From Guillardia theta CCMP2712 (taxonomy: Eukaryota > Protista > Cryptophyta), in the NCBI RefSeq assembly GCF_000315625.1, contig NW_005434648.1, positions 248,001-312,000 of the forward strand: a DNA stretch of 64,000 bases. The letters run 5' to 3'. Below are positions 50,219 to 63,782 of this stretch, piece by piece. The notes beneath the pieces were generated by a model. That model was not told the DNA's origin and ran no database searches. It worked only from the letters and a program-made list of their open reading frames with translations. Each line of letters begins with the position of its first letter. The stretch's first letter is position 1. Made by a program: the position numbers and the translations under genes.

Positions 50219-53200
50219 CTACTCGCCCGATACCTGGACCATCGCTAGCTTCCGATAAGCTCCGTCGGGCTTCTGCATGAGCTCGCTGTGTGTCCCAGCC
50301 TCCACAATATGTCCGCGCTCGAGCACAACGATCTTGTCGGCGTTGCGGATGGTGGAAAGCCTGTGGGCGATCACGAGAGTAGTCGGTTTCGAGCTCATCG
50401 ACTCGGTGCCAGAGGAGCAGATCTTGTCGAGCGCCTCCTGCACCACAGCCTCGCTCTTGGAGTCAAGCGCTGACGTCGCCTCGTCCAGGAGCATGATGTT
50501 TGGCTTCCGAATGACAGCGCGCGCTATTGCCACCCTCTGCTTCTGCCCACCTGACAGCTGGGAGCCTCTCGACCCGCAGTGAGTGGCAAATGCGTGCTGG
50601 AAGCCGGCGATGAAGTCATACGCGTTGGCGTCCTTGGCCGCCTGGACCTCTTCCTCGCTGGCCTTAGCCCATGTCGATGGATCATGTCTGGTATCGACCT
50701 CCTCCGCACTGGCCGCATTCCGGCGGAAGCATGACCTTCTCTGCTCGGCCACGACCTGCCTGTCAGGAGGTGCTCCGCGATCGGTTTCGGGCTTGACTGT
50801 CGATTTCACGCCATAACCGATGTTGTACTGCACGCTGTCGTTGAAGAGCATCGGCTCTTGCTGGACGAGCCCCATGTTGGATCGAAGCCAAGTCACGTTG
50901 AACTCTCGGATGCTCCTACCGTCTATCAAGATATCGCCAGATGACGAGTCGTAGAAGCGCTGCACAAGCTGAATCACCGTACTCTTCCCGCTTCCTGACT
51001 CTCCCACGAGGGCCACCGTCTGCCCGTTTTCAATCTGGAGAGAAAAGTCTTTGAGCACTTTCAACTCTGGATGCGAAGGATAGCTGAAGGAAACGCCTCG
51101 GAACTCTATGTTTCCAGAGATCGGAGCGTCGAGCTTCGTTCCGTTTTCGTCGTCCATGGGGTCTACGTCCGTTCCTTCATTGGAGCTGTCGATGAGGAAG
51201 AAGATGGAGCGCGCTGCCGCCTGAGCTTTGACATTGTCTGGCATAGAGCCTGTGATTCGACCGATTCCCTCGCTGGCAACCGTGAAGCCTAAGAAGACAC
51301 GCATCATCGATTTGAAGTCGAGCTCCCCCCTCTTGATAAACTCTGAGCCTGACCAGAAAGTCAAGGCATACGCGTTCATCAAGACAAACTGCTTGAAGCC
51401 TGCGCCGATGCCCTGAATCATAGCTCGCCGCTTCCCTTCCTCCAATGGTTGGATGAGAGAATCGTCAAAGAGTGCCACCATGTCTTGCTGCAGATTGAAA
51501 GCGCTGACCGTCCGGATCGCCGTCACCGCGTCCCCCAGGATCTCTCCACCTCGCTCTGTGGACTTGTTCGCGGTCTTAGTCTGACGGGTGAACCTCTTGA
51601 ATTCGAAGACTGAGCCGGCAATGAGCAACGGAAAGATAGCCGTCAGAATGAGCGCGAGCCTCCAGGATGCGGTGTAGCCAATGATCAGCGCAGTTACAAG
51701 GGAAGAGAACCCTTCCAGCATCAGCCCTAGAGAATCTCCTGTCGCCCCTTTCACGAGGGTAGCATCGCTTGCAAGTCGAGTGGTGAGCCTACCGACGGAG
51801 TTCTTGGGGTCGTCGAAGAAGGACATGGTCTGCCGGAGAGTAGATTGGAAGGATAGGAAGCGAAGCTTTCTTGTCAGCTGCTCTCCAAGACCCACAAAGA
51901 TGGCAATCCTCGTCAAGGCAGCAAGCAGAGCACAAGAACCCAACAAGAAGAAATATCCAACATAATTGTTGATCCCGGCCCGCAATGCATTATCATCGGG
52001 ATTGAAGTACGTGTAAATGATGGATGAATACAACAAGGCAAAGATGGGCTGAATGGTTCCACTAGTAAGTGACCCAAGGCAGCCAATCACGATCAACGGC
52101 AAGTTATCCTTCTGCAGGTCCCATATGCGCGATAGAGGGACAGGAGGTAGCTCCTTTGCTTCCTCTAGAAGAAGTTGCTCACTGTTCAACTTCGCATCCT
52201 TCCCTTCTTTCTTCGTCTTCTTGCCATCGGACTTCTCATTCTCTCCTTCCGACTGCGTCCGTTTCAGGTCATCGGATCCATCCAGCGCAGATTCGACATG
52301 AGCTTTCTGCTCCTGGTGCGCCAGATCTTGTATGGCTCTCATTGCTTTGTACAGACCTTCCCCTTTTGCCATCAGTTGAGTGTGAGTTCCCATCTCAACG
52401 ATTTTCCCCTTTTCCAACACAACAATCTTTTCGCAATTGGTCACAGTTGAGAGCCTGTGCGCAATCATGATAGTTGTGCATCTATGGTTCTGATCCTTGT
52501 ACAGAAGGTCATCTAGAGATTCCTGGACAATCCTTTCACTCTCCGAGTCTAAAGCCGAGGTTGCTTCATCTAGCAGCAGAATCTTCGGATCCTTTACGAT
52601 TGCTCTTGCTATGCAGATTCGTTGCTTCTGTCCACCGGAGAGCATTACAGATGAGACAGAGGTGCCAGCCAGAGTATGATATCCCTCAGCAAGTTTGCAA
52701 ATGAAATTGTGAGCGTTTGCAGCTTTTGCTGCCTGAATACATGCATCTTCGATCTTCCCTTCAATTTTTCTCGTCAGAACATCTCCCTGACGAAATTGTG
52801 GGGCGCCCATAGCAATGTTTTCAATTACTGATGCACCGAACAATTGCGGCTCCTGTTGCACAAGGCCAATTTGATCTCTCAAATTCGTCAAATTCCAATC
52901 CTTCACTTCCACTCCATCAATCAACACACTTCCTTCTACAAGGTCATAGAATCTCTCAAGAAGCCCGATGATCGTACTCTTGCCTGACCCAGAGGGTCCA
53001 ACCAGAGCCACAGTTTCTCCCGGCTCGATTGTAAGGCTGAAATCTTTCAACACCACTTGATCCGGCCTTGACGGATAAGCAAACGTACAATTCTTGAATT
53101 CAATCTTTCCCTTGATTGTGTCTTTGTGCCCTCCTTCTGAAAAGGAGTCCACGGTAGGAACCGTGTCAATAATTTCATAGATTTCTGCTGCAGCCTGCCG

Positions 53201-54577
53201 AGCTGCAACAACATTACCGAACGCAGGACCGACGGCACCAAGGGTCACAGAAGCCAGCAACACTGTAGAAGGAATCAGCACGAGTCACATGCAAACAAGA
53301 GAAAGAATACCAGCAACTATGGTTTGCACGATCTTGCCTCCAGTGAAGCATTCCGAATTGGTAGCTTGAGCGGGATCTCTGCAGAAAGGATGCGCTTCTC
53401 TGCTTTGTAGGATGAACTGACCGCCCGCGTACGTGCTCAAAGCGTACATAGCATACATCGAGAAAAGCATAAGACCGACGGCAAACCCAGTTCCATAGCC
53501 TTTTTTCTTCCCTTGCTTCTCAGCATCAGCCAAGAACTTGTCATATCTTGAAACTTCATGCCTTTCGCCCGAGAACGCTGTCACTGTACGGATCATAGCG
53601 TACACTTCTGAGGCCACATCGCCAGCTCTGGCGTATGCCTTCTGCGAAGCTGCCTCTCCTGTACTCACACTGGCAACCAAGATACCAATCGCAATCGCAA
53701 AAAACGGTGCGCAAGCCATCATCACCAGCGTCAACTTCCAAGACGTGTAAAACCCGATCGAGAATCCTACGATCAATGTACAAAAAGACCTCGCCACTTG
53801 CGGAAACTTTTCCAATCCGGCAGACAAAGCAAGAGTAGTCTCAGCTAGTTTGGAAGTAGCCTCACCCCCCCTGTGCGTATCATAAAACCCAATATCCTGA
53901 CGAAGCAGAGACCGCATGTACTCGTGCCTCACTCGCATCAAGATGTGTTCTGAAACAAAAACAGAGCCATAGTTCTCAACGAAACTACCCAGACCAGAGA
54001 TGCACGCGATTCCCACAAAGAATAGACATAATTGCTGAATTTGATTTGCTTGCTCCACAAGGCTTGAGCTGCCACCAAGCTATGGAATGAGAAAGGAAGG
54101 GAGAGAAAGAAAATGTCAGGAAGAATCACATAAGCAATCGAAAACAAGATAACTCACAATATTGATCAAACGACCGTAGAGCAATGAAAATGACGGCAAT
54201 GCACTGCCGACAACCACTGAACAAAAACATGAGAAACCGTAGATAATCCTCTCTGTTGTAGTAGCATATCGCCACAGCTGAGAGAAACTGACCATCTTCT
54301 TTGCCTTCTTCCCTTCATCTTCCTTGGTGTCAGATGTACTTTTAGACTCAGCATCTGGGTCTGACACGCTGCCCTTCCTTGCATCGACTGCGTCGGATTC
54401 GTGATCAAGGGTATACACCTTGGTCATCTCAAGTTCGTTTTCGAAGCTTTTCTTTGAGTGACCGTTTAAATACCCATTGAAGTGACCGTTCGGTATGTCT
54501 TCACCACGAGAATTGCCATTCACAGCAACGACGAAATCAGATTGCACAGTTTTGCAGTCACTTCCATTCCCTCGCAT
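50219..54577 (-). CDS. Full-length ABCB (MDR/P-glycoprotein) transporter, TMD-NBD-TMD-NBD, about three exons
   Basis: Two Walker A motifs (GPSGSGKST, GESGSGKST), two LSGGQKQR signatures, LLDEATSALD, AHRLST and two TMDs with SWKLTL/SWRLAL. Confidence 0.97.
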
Positions 54578-54849
54578 GTTTCACAGGAAACCCCGATGCC
54601 CAACCATAAGTCTGCTGTCCTTGGGGTGGAAACAAGCAATCGATTCTAGATAAAAACCAAACACTGACTCTTGAGAATTTCTCCACCTTAATCGAGGTTC
54701 AAGCAAACCGATAGGTAGGGAAGGATAAGACTTAAGTTTCTGACGCCCGATGTAACACCTCCGACCCCAATCAGCCGACAAGTTCTCGATCCCCGCTCAA
54801 AGACGAGAGAACAACCAGAAGGCTCAGCGATGGGCAGTCAGATTTGAGG

Positions 54850-56150
54850 AGGAAGGACCCACGTGGGGATGAAGAGCAAGGAGAGGAACCCCTTGGGGGT
54901 GAGTAGCGGAGCAGGTCCGGTCTGGCAGGGTTGAAAGGCTTGAAGCTGACAGGGTGAGTGTACGAGCAGGTTGAACTAGGATAACAGGGGTGGTAAGTGT
55001 ATTTCATGGGGTGGATCGCGTTCAAATTAGGGGTGGTCATCTGGTCTTTGATAAGGTGGGGTGCGAAGGGGGTAGGGTGGTGTAATTTTAACAAGGGGTA
55101 GTTGGTGGATCAAGGGACCAGTTGAAGATATTATGGGGACGTGCAGGACAAAAATAAGGGGCATGGACCCCACCTTCTCCCTTGTGAGTATATCCTCTTC
55201 TAAAGGGTAGGGTAGTACACCGGAACTCCGAAGGATTTGTTGGGTGGGGTAGTTCAGAAAATTGCAGGGTGGGGGGTGACAGGGTAGTGTTTTGATGCCT
55301 CCACAAAGTGTTTAAATAAAATGTTATATAAGTAAATATTTATTTTTTGTTCATATCCATCGTGGAATTTCTACACTGATGTGATAGAATCTGGTACAAC
55401 ATAAATGTATTTATAGAATGAATTGTTGCATCAACAATTTTGTGCAGGAAGGTTAGCAATTTGTCGTGAGGGTGGGGTATTTCTTTCGACAATCAAAGGG
55501 GGTGGGGGGGGCGCTTGATGTTTCCTGGTTGGTCTAGTGGGGTGGGGTGGGTAGTCTTGTTTGGTTTGTGTGATGTGTTGTTGTAAAATTGGTACTTCCT
55601 TTCGCATGTGCCGAGGCTCGTAAAAGATTGGATTATTGAACTACTGGTTTGTGGGTAGGGGTGGTTCACATGAAGATCTGGCTCAGGTGGGGTGTATGAC
55701 ACCACAATCGGAAGGAGGGGGTAGGGGAGACGAGACACCCAGGGCTTGGTGTAAGTTAGTTTAGGATATACATAAAGGTAAAAGGCCAAGGGCCTGGGGG
55801 TTGCAAAGGTGGGGACGCGTGGGGGGACGTGAGTTCGAGAACCCTCGAGCGATCGGAGGGGTGGGGTATTTTCCTTCCGGGGGTGGTCATTGGTCAAGCT
55901 TTGATGACAGAGTCACGTCTGTTGTCATGTATCAAAGAGTCTTTGCAAATTTCAACATCACTGAGTAAATTTCAAACATGATTGAAATGAAAGGTATTCT
56001 CATTCCAACTGTTCCCCCAAAGGAGAGCATTTCGAAGACATCCGAACTCTCGTCACGGGGATTTGCCATGGCTGGGACTGAAAGGGCGTACGAGTCCAAG
56101 GGGTGATATTGACTGAATGTGCATGGGTAGGGGTGGTCATTCTCCGTCTC
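54850..56150. other. Strand-biased GGGGT(A/G) motif field around an AT-rich core
   Basis: More than 20 ggggt/gggtag words on the + strand; AT-rich block at ~55300-55450; no credible ORF. Confidence 0.5.
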
Positions 56151-56725
56151 GGCTCGTGATCTATGTGCGTGACAGGAGCAAAAAATGCACCATGACTGAC
56201 CCTTGTCCCCCTGTCCGCGAAACCCCTTAATAAGCATCGCTGCCCTTGTAGCATGCAAGAAATCTTCTTGATGAAACTATGTTTATCTTTTCTGTCCTTT
56301 GAAAAGGCACTAATAATAAGCGAGGCGGACTTTTGAAATCTTTTCAAGCCCCACCCCACCCCACCGTCTGATACCAAGTGTGTATCTCGGATTTGGCCGA
56401 ACTTGAGTATGTCACGGGACAGACTGTTCTCATGTAAAAATTCTACTTTTGACCATGGCAGTCTCAGATGGCAGACTCTCGATGGGAGGCTGGTCTGAGG
56501 GTGGATGAGAGAAAATGCGACGCCATAAAGATTACCTGAGGTGGATGGAGGAATCAGCAACCCAACATGGGAACACTGAGTGTGAAATGTCAGGAGACGG
56601 GCATAGAATGTTGCAGTGTAGAACATGAAGGAGATACACATGTTACCTTTATGCAACGGTTGATGCAACGGTTGATCTGTATTCTATGTTGTTTAATGCG
56701 ATAGTGTAGGGAACAGTGACCTGCT

Positions 56726-59344
56726 TTATCTTAACCAATTGCGAAAGCTCAGGTTGAGGTGCACCAAGGAAAGCAAAGGCACACTTTGCTTCGTGTTGCT
56801 GCTGCTCTTGGTCATCTCAGTAGACATGTCACTAAAATTGTGCGGTTGTTTGAATGAAAGAGATTGTCCTTTGTGCGTGAAAGTGAATCTCAAGACCCTT
56901 GGCATGCATTCGAATGACTTCTGAATCAAGAAAAGATGAGGCGTGATAGACTTTCCGAGAGTCTGGTTACACTGAATGGGGAGATGTCCTCGAGCGCACA
57001 GGAGATAGGAGAGCCAAGTTGTAAAAAAATCAAGAGAGTGTCGCCTTGCTTTTGGTCAACTGTCATGAATCACGATTGAATGTCTGATTCTGGGTTGTAC
57101 ATGAGAGGCCATTTCAATGGAGAGCAGGTAGAATGTCGAGAGGCGGTTGGCAGCGTTTTGAGACCCAAAGAGGAGTCTCGCGCATGTATCCGTTGGCAAC
57201 GTCAACTTCCTGGTTGGTTGTAGAGACTCACAGGCCGATTGCAGCAAATCGAAACTAGGAATACCTCATGCTGTCCAAACTGATCCTCTTCAAGATACGC
57301 ATACATTCTCCTGGGGATGCAAAGATGACCAACAGAGAGCAGAGCAGCTTTGCTCACCAGGAGTTGTGGCACCGGATCTGCTCCCTTGCCAGGAGAATGC
57401 TGTAGCGGAGGTAAGGAAAAGAGATATTGATCTCAAGTTGAACCTCAAAGCTGCTTGTTCGAACCGATGGGTCGATTGGGAGGCTCCTTCAGGAGCAATA
57501 CATGATCTTCTGCTCGCACACGCGACAAGAGGATGCAAAACCTGCCGTTGTACCTTTAGAAGGTTCAAGAGTGGGCATGACGAGAAGGAATCATAGCTGA
57601 GTGAGGAGCAAATGAAGACTGGTTCGCGAATAGGTGTTTCAGGTGGATGTTGTCTGAATCGGCTCACATTTTGAACTGCAATGCTTGAGTTTGACATCCC
57701 GAGGATGCCAGCAGCGCACATGTCATACCCTTTGACAGATTCCTAAAGGCAGAGATTATTCTTGCATGCATGCAATTGAATGTTTGCCAAGCCTGGGATA
57801 TGTTCATCTCGCCAAACATCTTTGGATGGACCTGATGGCTAGGCGGTCACATGAAGAAGTAGATTTGATGAAGCTTACAAAGTTCGGCAAAGCTCTTTCT
57901 TGCTGGATGGTGAAGAAATATCCATCTCTCTGAATGAGACTCCATGCCAAATCGATCGGCTGCCCCAGCTCTCATCAGGAGAACAACCAGCATGAAACTG
58001 AGAGGCAACCTGCTGGACAACTTGACCAGCATCCTGGAAGATGACCTTCAAACAATGAGTGAGTGAGTCTTAAGTCGAGCACAAATCGATGCGGACAGTA
58101 CATTCTCCACTCGTTGCAATGCATCCGAGAGAACAAAAGGTTTCCACGCCTTCCATCGTTTGTTCTGCACATGAGCTCCCAACTTGTCCCATTGTAAACC
58201 CATCAGCTCTACATTCTCTGACATCCACATCTCATTCTCTCAGTACAAAGAGGTCAATGTCACGCACTCCACGCGAAGGAATTTTCCCTTTCCATATCGT
58301 TTAGTCCAAGATCATACAGAAAAATCTGTGCCCTTGTCAACTGCATGCTCGGTACACGCTATCTATTCGACTTCACCTTCACCCGCGGATGATGCCTGTG
58401 GACTGATCCGACGAAGTTGGAAACACAGCCGAAATACAAAGAATTGGCTGCAGTGACAATTGCCACCTTCTCCGAGGCTGTACTGAATGATTGACATGGA
58501 GAAGGATGCACTCAAACATAACAAGACCTAGATTGTCGATTGAGCGGTTTGGCAAGGTTCTCCCTTTCAGCAATGATCTTTCTGCCTCGTTCAACACGAC
58601 CCCTAATTGTCAATCGCCATCTCGGTCATTTCAAACATCACAAACCAATCAGCAAGTATTAACCATGTTCGATCAGTCCCAATAATTGTGGCGCAATCCA
58701 CAAATCCTTTCTATCCATTCGCCTTACACCAAAGTAAGGTCGATACCCACCTCGCAAGACAACTGTACATTGCTGCCTTTAACGACCGATGAGCCAGATC
58801 TATGCTTCCTACTTTTCGCATTACATATGCAATGTGAGAAAAGATCCCAGGCTATCAGAATTACGGTTTAGATAAACACTTCAACCCCAAAAGTTTTCTC
58901 TACCAATGAATGGTCCACCAAACAGGCAAGCTTGAACGCACGCAGTGCCTCATTCCATCTTTTCAGCTGCAAAAGAACTTTCCCTTCACCTCCAAAGTCA
59001 AGGAATCCAGCTCTTCTCCTTAGTAATTTCTACCTCGCCTGTACTCCGTCGCAGGATGCCCCGAAAACAACGGAGCTTGAAGCACGCTGAGAGCTTCTTG
59101 AAGCTACAGCACGGGTCAAGAGTGGATTCAACCCAAAAAAGGAGAAGTCCTACCCTCCCTTCAGCTTCTGCCTGAAACGATCGACGAATGACGGATTCAA
59201 CCTGTTGCATCACAAGTTCCTGCAGTATGATCTCAGCCAGCTATCTGAGCCGCGACATCTCACCTCATGACTCTCGGTTGTCGATATCAATGGATACATG
59301 CAGAGCAGAAGCACTGCTAGTAAAGACGGAGATTGCGAGCCCAT
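56726..59344 (-). CDS. Possible secreted TPR protein with a degenerate GT41 (OGT/SPINDLY-like) C-terminal region; many micro-exons
   Basis: Signal-like MGSQSPSLLAVLLLCMYPLISTTESHE; TPR-like exons EGKVLLQLKRWNEALRAFKLACLVDHS and IFSHIAYVMRKVGSIDLAHRSLKAA; later LTLPTDTCARLLFGSQ and IFLHHPARK weakly resemble GT41 motifs. Confidence 0.35.
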
Positions 59345-62021
59345 GTTCGTTTTCGTTTTGTTCTGTCTTCCCGGACAGCGGTCAGTGCCACCCTCACGAC
59401 AAACTTCCAACAAACGAAACAGTTTCAGGCGGGATGGGAATGCCGGAGAGCAGCAGAAAAGAAGTCAGCTCACGGCACCCTCGGCTCAGCACCGGCATCG
59501 TCTTTCATCGAATCTTCTGCAACTTGTGATATCCCCCGCTAATGGATGCTCCTCTCCTACCACCGCGACCCTGCCATGGTGCCATACAGATGCGATCCTG
59601 GTTCTGATCAATTTTTTTGTAACGACTTTTAACGATACATAACGTCACAATGAAACGGCCCGTGGAAGATGAGGAGTATGAGGGCGATGCAAGGCTATCC
59701 GTACCTTGTGCCCAAAATAGGCGCAGCCCTGTAGGTCCTGATACCGCTGCCGCAATGTTCGCGCTCCTGAGAGAGGCCGGCGAGGCGAAGACGCAATCCC
59801 TGGTGAGGTTTCGATGCCAACCCCTTGTAGGTCTCGGACCGTGCTCTACCGCATCATTACTCACTGCGGCCCACTGGCCCATGCCGCCGTAGTCACCTCA
59901 TAAGTGTCGGATCGGACCTTATGTTCTAGTAGGCTAGTTCTATGCCCTTTTCTCTCTTATCTCAGCACTCAGTGATTGTTGAGAGCTTGAACATCTTTTT
60001 CATTCGAGTGGGGTGACACCTGCCTTCTGCATCTGAAAGAGACTGATGAGATACAGCCATGCATGTTGCTTTGATCTGTTACATCTCTGCCAGTCATCCG
60101 GGCCAATGTCATCATGGCAACCTTTGAACAGTTTTCCTCTCTCTCCTCCCCGAGTCGGGTCCTCTCATGTTCTCTCCTCTGCCCCCCCCCTCCCCCCAAC
60201 ATTTCTTCCTTGTATTTGTTTTGGTATCCGTTGTATATTGGATTCAATGTTCAGTGATCATCGGATTGCATGTTAGATCTTTCTCAAAGAGGTGTGGATT
60301 GTAGGACTACATGCTTTGTGAGAATGCTGGCTTTTGAATACGGAGTGACGAATATCTACAACGCAGTGCTTCGGCAGTGGATGCTATGCCCCAAATAACC
60401 ATCAATGGTGATCCTTTCCTTTGTTAAGTGACATGGATGCGTAACTGTTTATTGACACAGGTACAAGTACAACTGGTATAAGTACGCTGGTCCTGGATCC
60501 AACCCAACACCAACCATTCCAGCCGCCAACAGCCAGAGACAGTAAAGATCTTTATCAGCCTGAATAAAGCTTTAGCTTCGTAAAATCTCATCAAACGAAA
60601 AGGAAACCTCTACTCTGCTCTCTCAAGTGAGATACGAATTGGACCCCGTTTCAAGTGAACCCGTCTTTTCATCATGTATTCAGTGAGTTCAACGAGAAAA
60701 CTTCTTGCGTACAAGTGTAGAAGTTGTGATTTAAGGCCCACTCGAATCCTGTCCAAAAAAAAAAAAAAAATTTCGCGTGTTCTTTCTCTCGACATGTTAA
60801 AAATTTGCTTGTAATATCAACATTCAAAGCTTTTCAGAATCATGACAAGTAATCCGTTTGGAAGACTGAGAAAAATAAAAAGAAAATCATCCGCGAATGT
60901 GCTATAATAGTGCGAGATGTCAGAGAAACATACCAACTTGCCAGATGTGTTGTTTGATTCTGGGGAGTGTCAACACCAGACATCCAAAGTCAAGATTGTT
61001 CCTTGTTAACAAAGCAGGCTGGTCGCATTAGAGGTCTATAGAATTTGTCGCTACGAATCTTCAAATTCCACTTTCCTGATTTCATCACAAAATTCTCTAA
61101 AGATTGGTCCCATGAATGCTTGTAGAGCATCAATCATCGTGTTCGACCAAGGCAGATCTCTCCAAAAGTTGGCCTGCATTATTGCCGCGACTGAATTTGT
61201 CTGATTTCTCGCCAAATTGCTGGAACTTGGCAGGAAATTGCAAAAAGAGGTGTAGTGTGAATTCAAAAAGCCAGAGAGCCTCCGAGAGCAAGACCATGCG
61301 GCACCTTTCAGTTGAAGGAAATATTGTACCAACAAGATTTTGGCATGAGAATCTTATTAGCAGATGAAACATTGCCCTCCTTTCAACTCAGTAGCCCAAA
61401 TCTCTCATTCCAGGTAGATTCATTCGATAATCGATCTAAGAGGAATCCTTCACCGGACCCGCCGTCTTTATAGCTATAGGATCTTGAATCAAGCTGAGCG
61501 CTGGAGATCTTGTTTCACAACACTTCAACAGCTACTTCAAGTCCTCTCCATGTCACAATAGATGCTGAACTCTCCTCGCTGCATCTAGCTCACCCCGATC
61601 GCTCCCGACAAACACGACAAAGTTGATGTTAACCAGAGTAGCCGGTGAACCATGATTCATTCTAGAAGACCTTGTCCAAATTTGAAAACTACAGACTATC
61701 AAATGAAATTTACAACAATTTGAAATTGTTGACGATTGTTCGCTGCGCTTGAAGAGTTTTTCTACAAATTTTCAACATCTGATTAACATTTTGAAATGTC
61801 ATTCCCCTGGTACTCATGTTGACTAGGGGTCCTTTTGAAAGTAGGGGTTCTATGAGCCTTACGGGGGTAGTTTCATAAGGAACTATGTAGCTGCCTCTGG
61901 GGTAGGGTGATAATATATGAGCAAGGGGTAGTGGAGAAGGTTTCCAGCATGGAGGGGTGGGGTACGTGTACTACTAAGTTGTCCCTTGAGAGCGCCTCTT
62001 CGTATCGCAGCTAGGTAAACC

Positions 62022-63145
62022 ATGGCAGCAGCGATGGGACGAAGACTCCTCCAGGTATCCTCTATGCTTTATTGTTCGTCTTCATCGCTTCGTATCATTC
62101 TTCGTTCGTCTTCTTCAAGTCCAGATGACCTATGTTCGTGTACGATTCGATTATGGTTGAGACCTTCGAACGGGAAATAACAAGCCTCGTTCACAGTGCT
62201 GTTGCTTTTGTGTAACCTTAGATTCTTGTGAAAATTGTGTTGTATCTGACTTTCATTCGCCTTGAAAGATGAAAGCAATGTTCTCTTTCTTGTGTTCTGT
62301 TCATGATGAAAATTTTGAACTGAATCCCTCGAATTGTAGGAGGCAGAGCAAGCAGCGGCAGAGCCCACTGTCACCTTCCCCGATGACTACCCCAACTCTG
62401 TCCGCCACTTCCTCCTCATTGGCTTCTTGGGCATGTTCATCGGAGCCATTGTGTTCTTCTACATGGGCATCTCCCGCAAGGTCAACACCGTGATGCACGT
62501 GTTGACCTTCTTCATCGCTGCGGTCTCCGCATGCTCCTACTACGCCGAGTGGGCTGGTCTCGGAGTTGAGTACAAGACCACCGACACCACCCCCCGTGTG
62601 ATCTTCTGGGCCCGCTACTTGGACTGGGTTGTCACTGGACCGGTGAGGAGGAGGAGGAGGAGGAGAATGTGGGAGACTGACACAGTGCCGGGCAGCTCAT
62701 CCTCACCGACCTCGCCCTCCTCTCCAAGTCGGACACCCCAACCATCATCTCGCTTGTCGGCAACATGGTCCTGTACGTGATCTGCGGCCTCATTGGAGCC
62801 CTCACCGTCGCCCCCTACAAGTACATGTGGTGGGTCGCTGGATTGATCTTCTTGATCATCGTCTTCATGCTCCTCCTCCAGCGCCTCAACAACGCTGAGG
62901 GCTATGGCGGTGACGCTCTCAAGGGCCTCACCTGGCTCACCATCTTGGTGTGGATCGTATACCCCATCGTGTGGATTGTTGGCTCCGAGGGAACTGGCGC
63001 TCTTGGACTTTCCCAGGAGGTCGGCATCTTGACCATTGCGGACTTGATTGCCAAGATCGGCTTCGGCTTCTACCTTTTGGCGAACGTTGATGCTCCTGAG
63101 AGCGAGACTGTGCCCCTTAACCAGTCCTCCCAGCAATATGTTTAA
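62022..63145 (+). CDS. Microbial (type-1) rhodopsin, bacteriorhodopsin-like DTD type; 3 exons (62022-62054, 62340-62642, 62696-63145), 261 aa
   Basis: Helix C FWARYLDWVVTGPLILTDL, helix F WIVYPIVWIVGSEG and helix G EVGILTIADLIAKIGFG with the retinal-binding Lys. Both introns are GT-AG and preserve frame. Confidence 0.96.
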
Positions 63146-63782
63146 TCAGTAGCCTAACGTTTCATTAGACTGGAATGCTTTAGATTTCACTCGGCACTTA
63201 TGTGGTGCTGTCGAATCCCTTTTTCGCTGAAATATTAAACTTCAAGACGTTACATGAGATGTTGAAAGTTTGAACAATTGGATCAGATTGTTGTTGGTTG
63301 ATGATATTGCGTTTTAACGAATGAGAGTACGCTAAAACTGTATGTGGTGATTGAAAGGGTTCAATCAAGTCTCGAAGAGATTGAGCAAATTACATGCTTC
63401 TGTATAATTCTGAGCTCAATTCATATGTTGGCAAACCGACCTTTGGCAATATTGACGTGATGCGATTCTCGAAATGCGATGTTTCATTCCTAACTACGCT
63501 TTGGTGAGCTGCAGTCTCTCAGCAAAGCTGAGAGCGGTTTTCTGAACGACAACAAATGTGAAAGCTTTGTTTTTGAGTAGGTATGCATAATCGCTTTTGT
63601 TTTCCAATGTAGTGTCATGAAGATCTCGTATCGGAGGAAACTGCTCACCAACCACGCGACTACCAGTGTTCTTGCAGTCGTATTTTCATTCACCGCCCTT
63701 TCAATCAATATACAACCCTCTATACCATTATGGCTGTAATCTATGGAAAACAATACATCAAGTGGTTCAATTTTTCTTCGCT

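Noticed and set aside
59650-61600. Possible small genes (MKRPVEDEEYEG... on +; 61051-61372 on -)
   Set aside because: I could not build a consistent spliced frame or recognise any family; left uncalled.
62022-63145. Calling the opsin a channelrhodopsin (BCCR/ACR)
   Set aside because: It lacks the TCP motif and long C-terminal tail and keeps the E194/E204 release group; function cannot be assigned from sequence alone.
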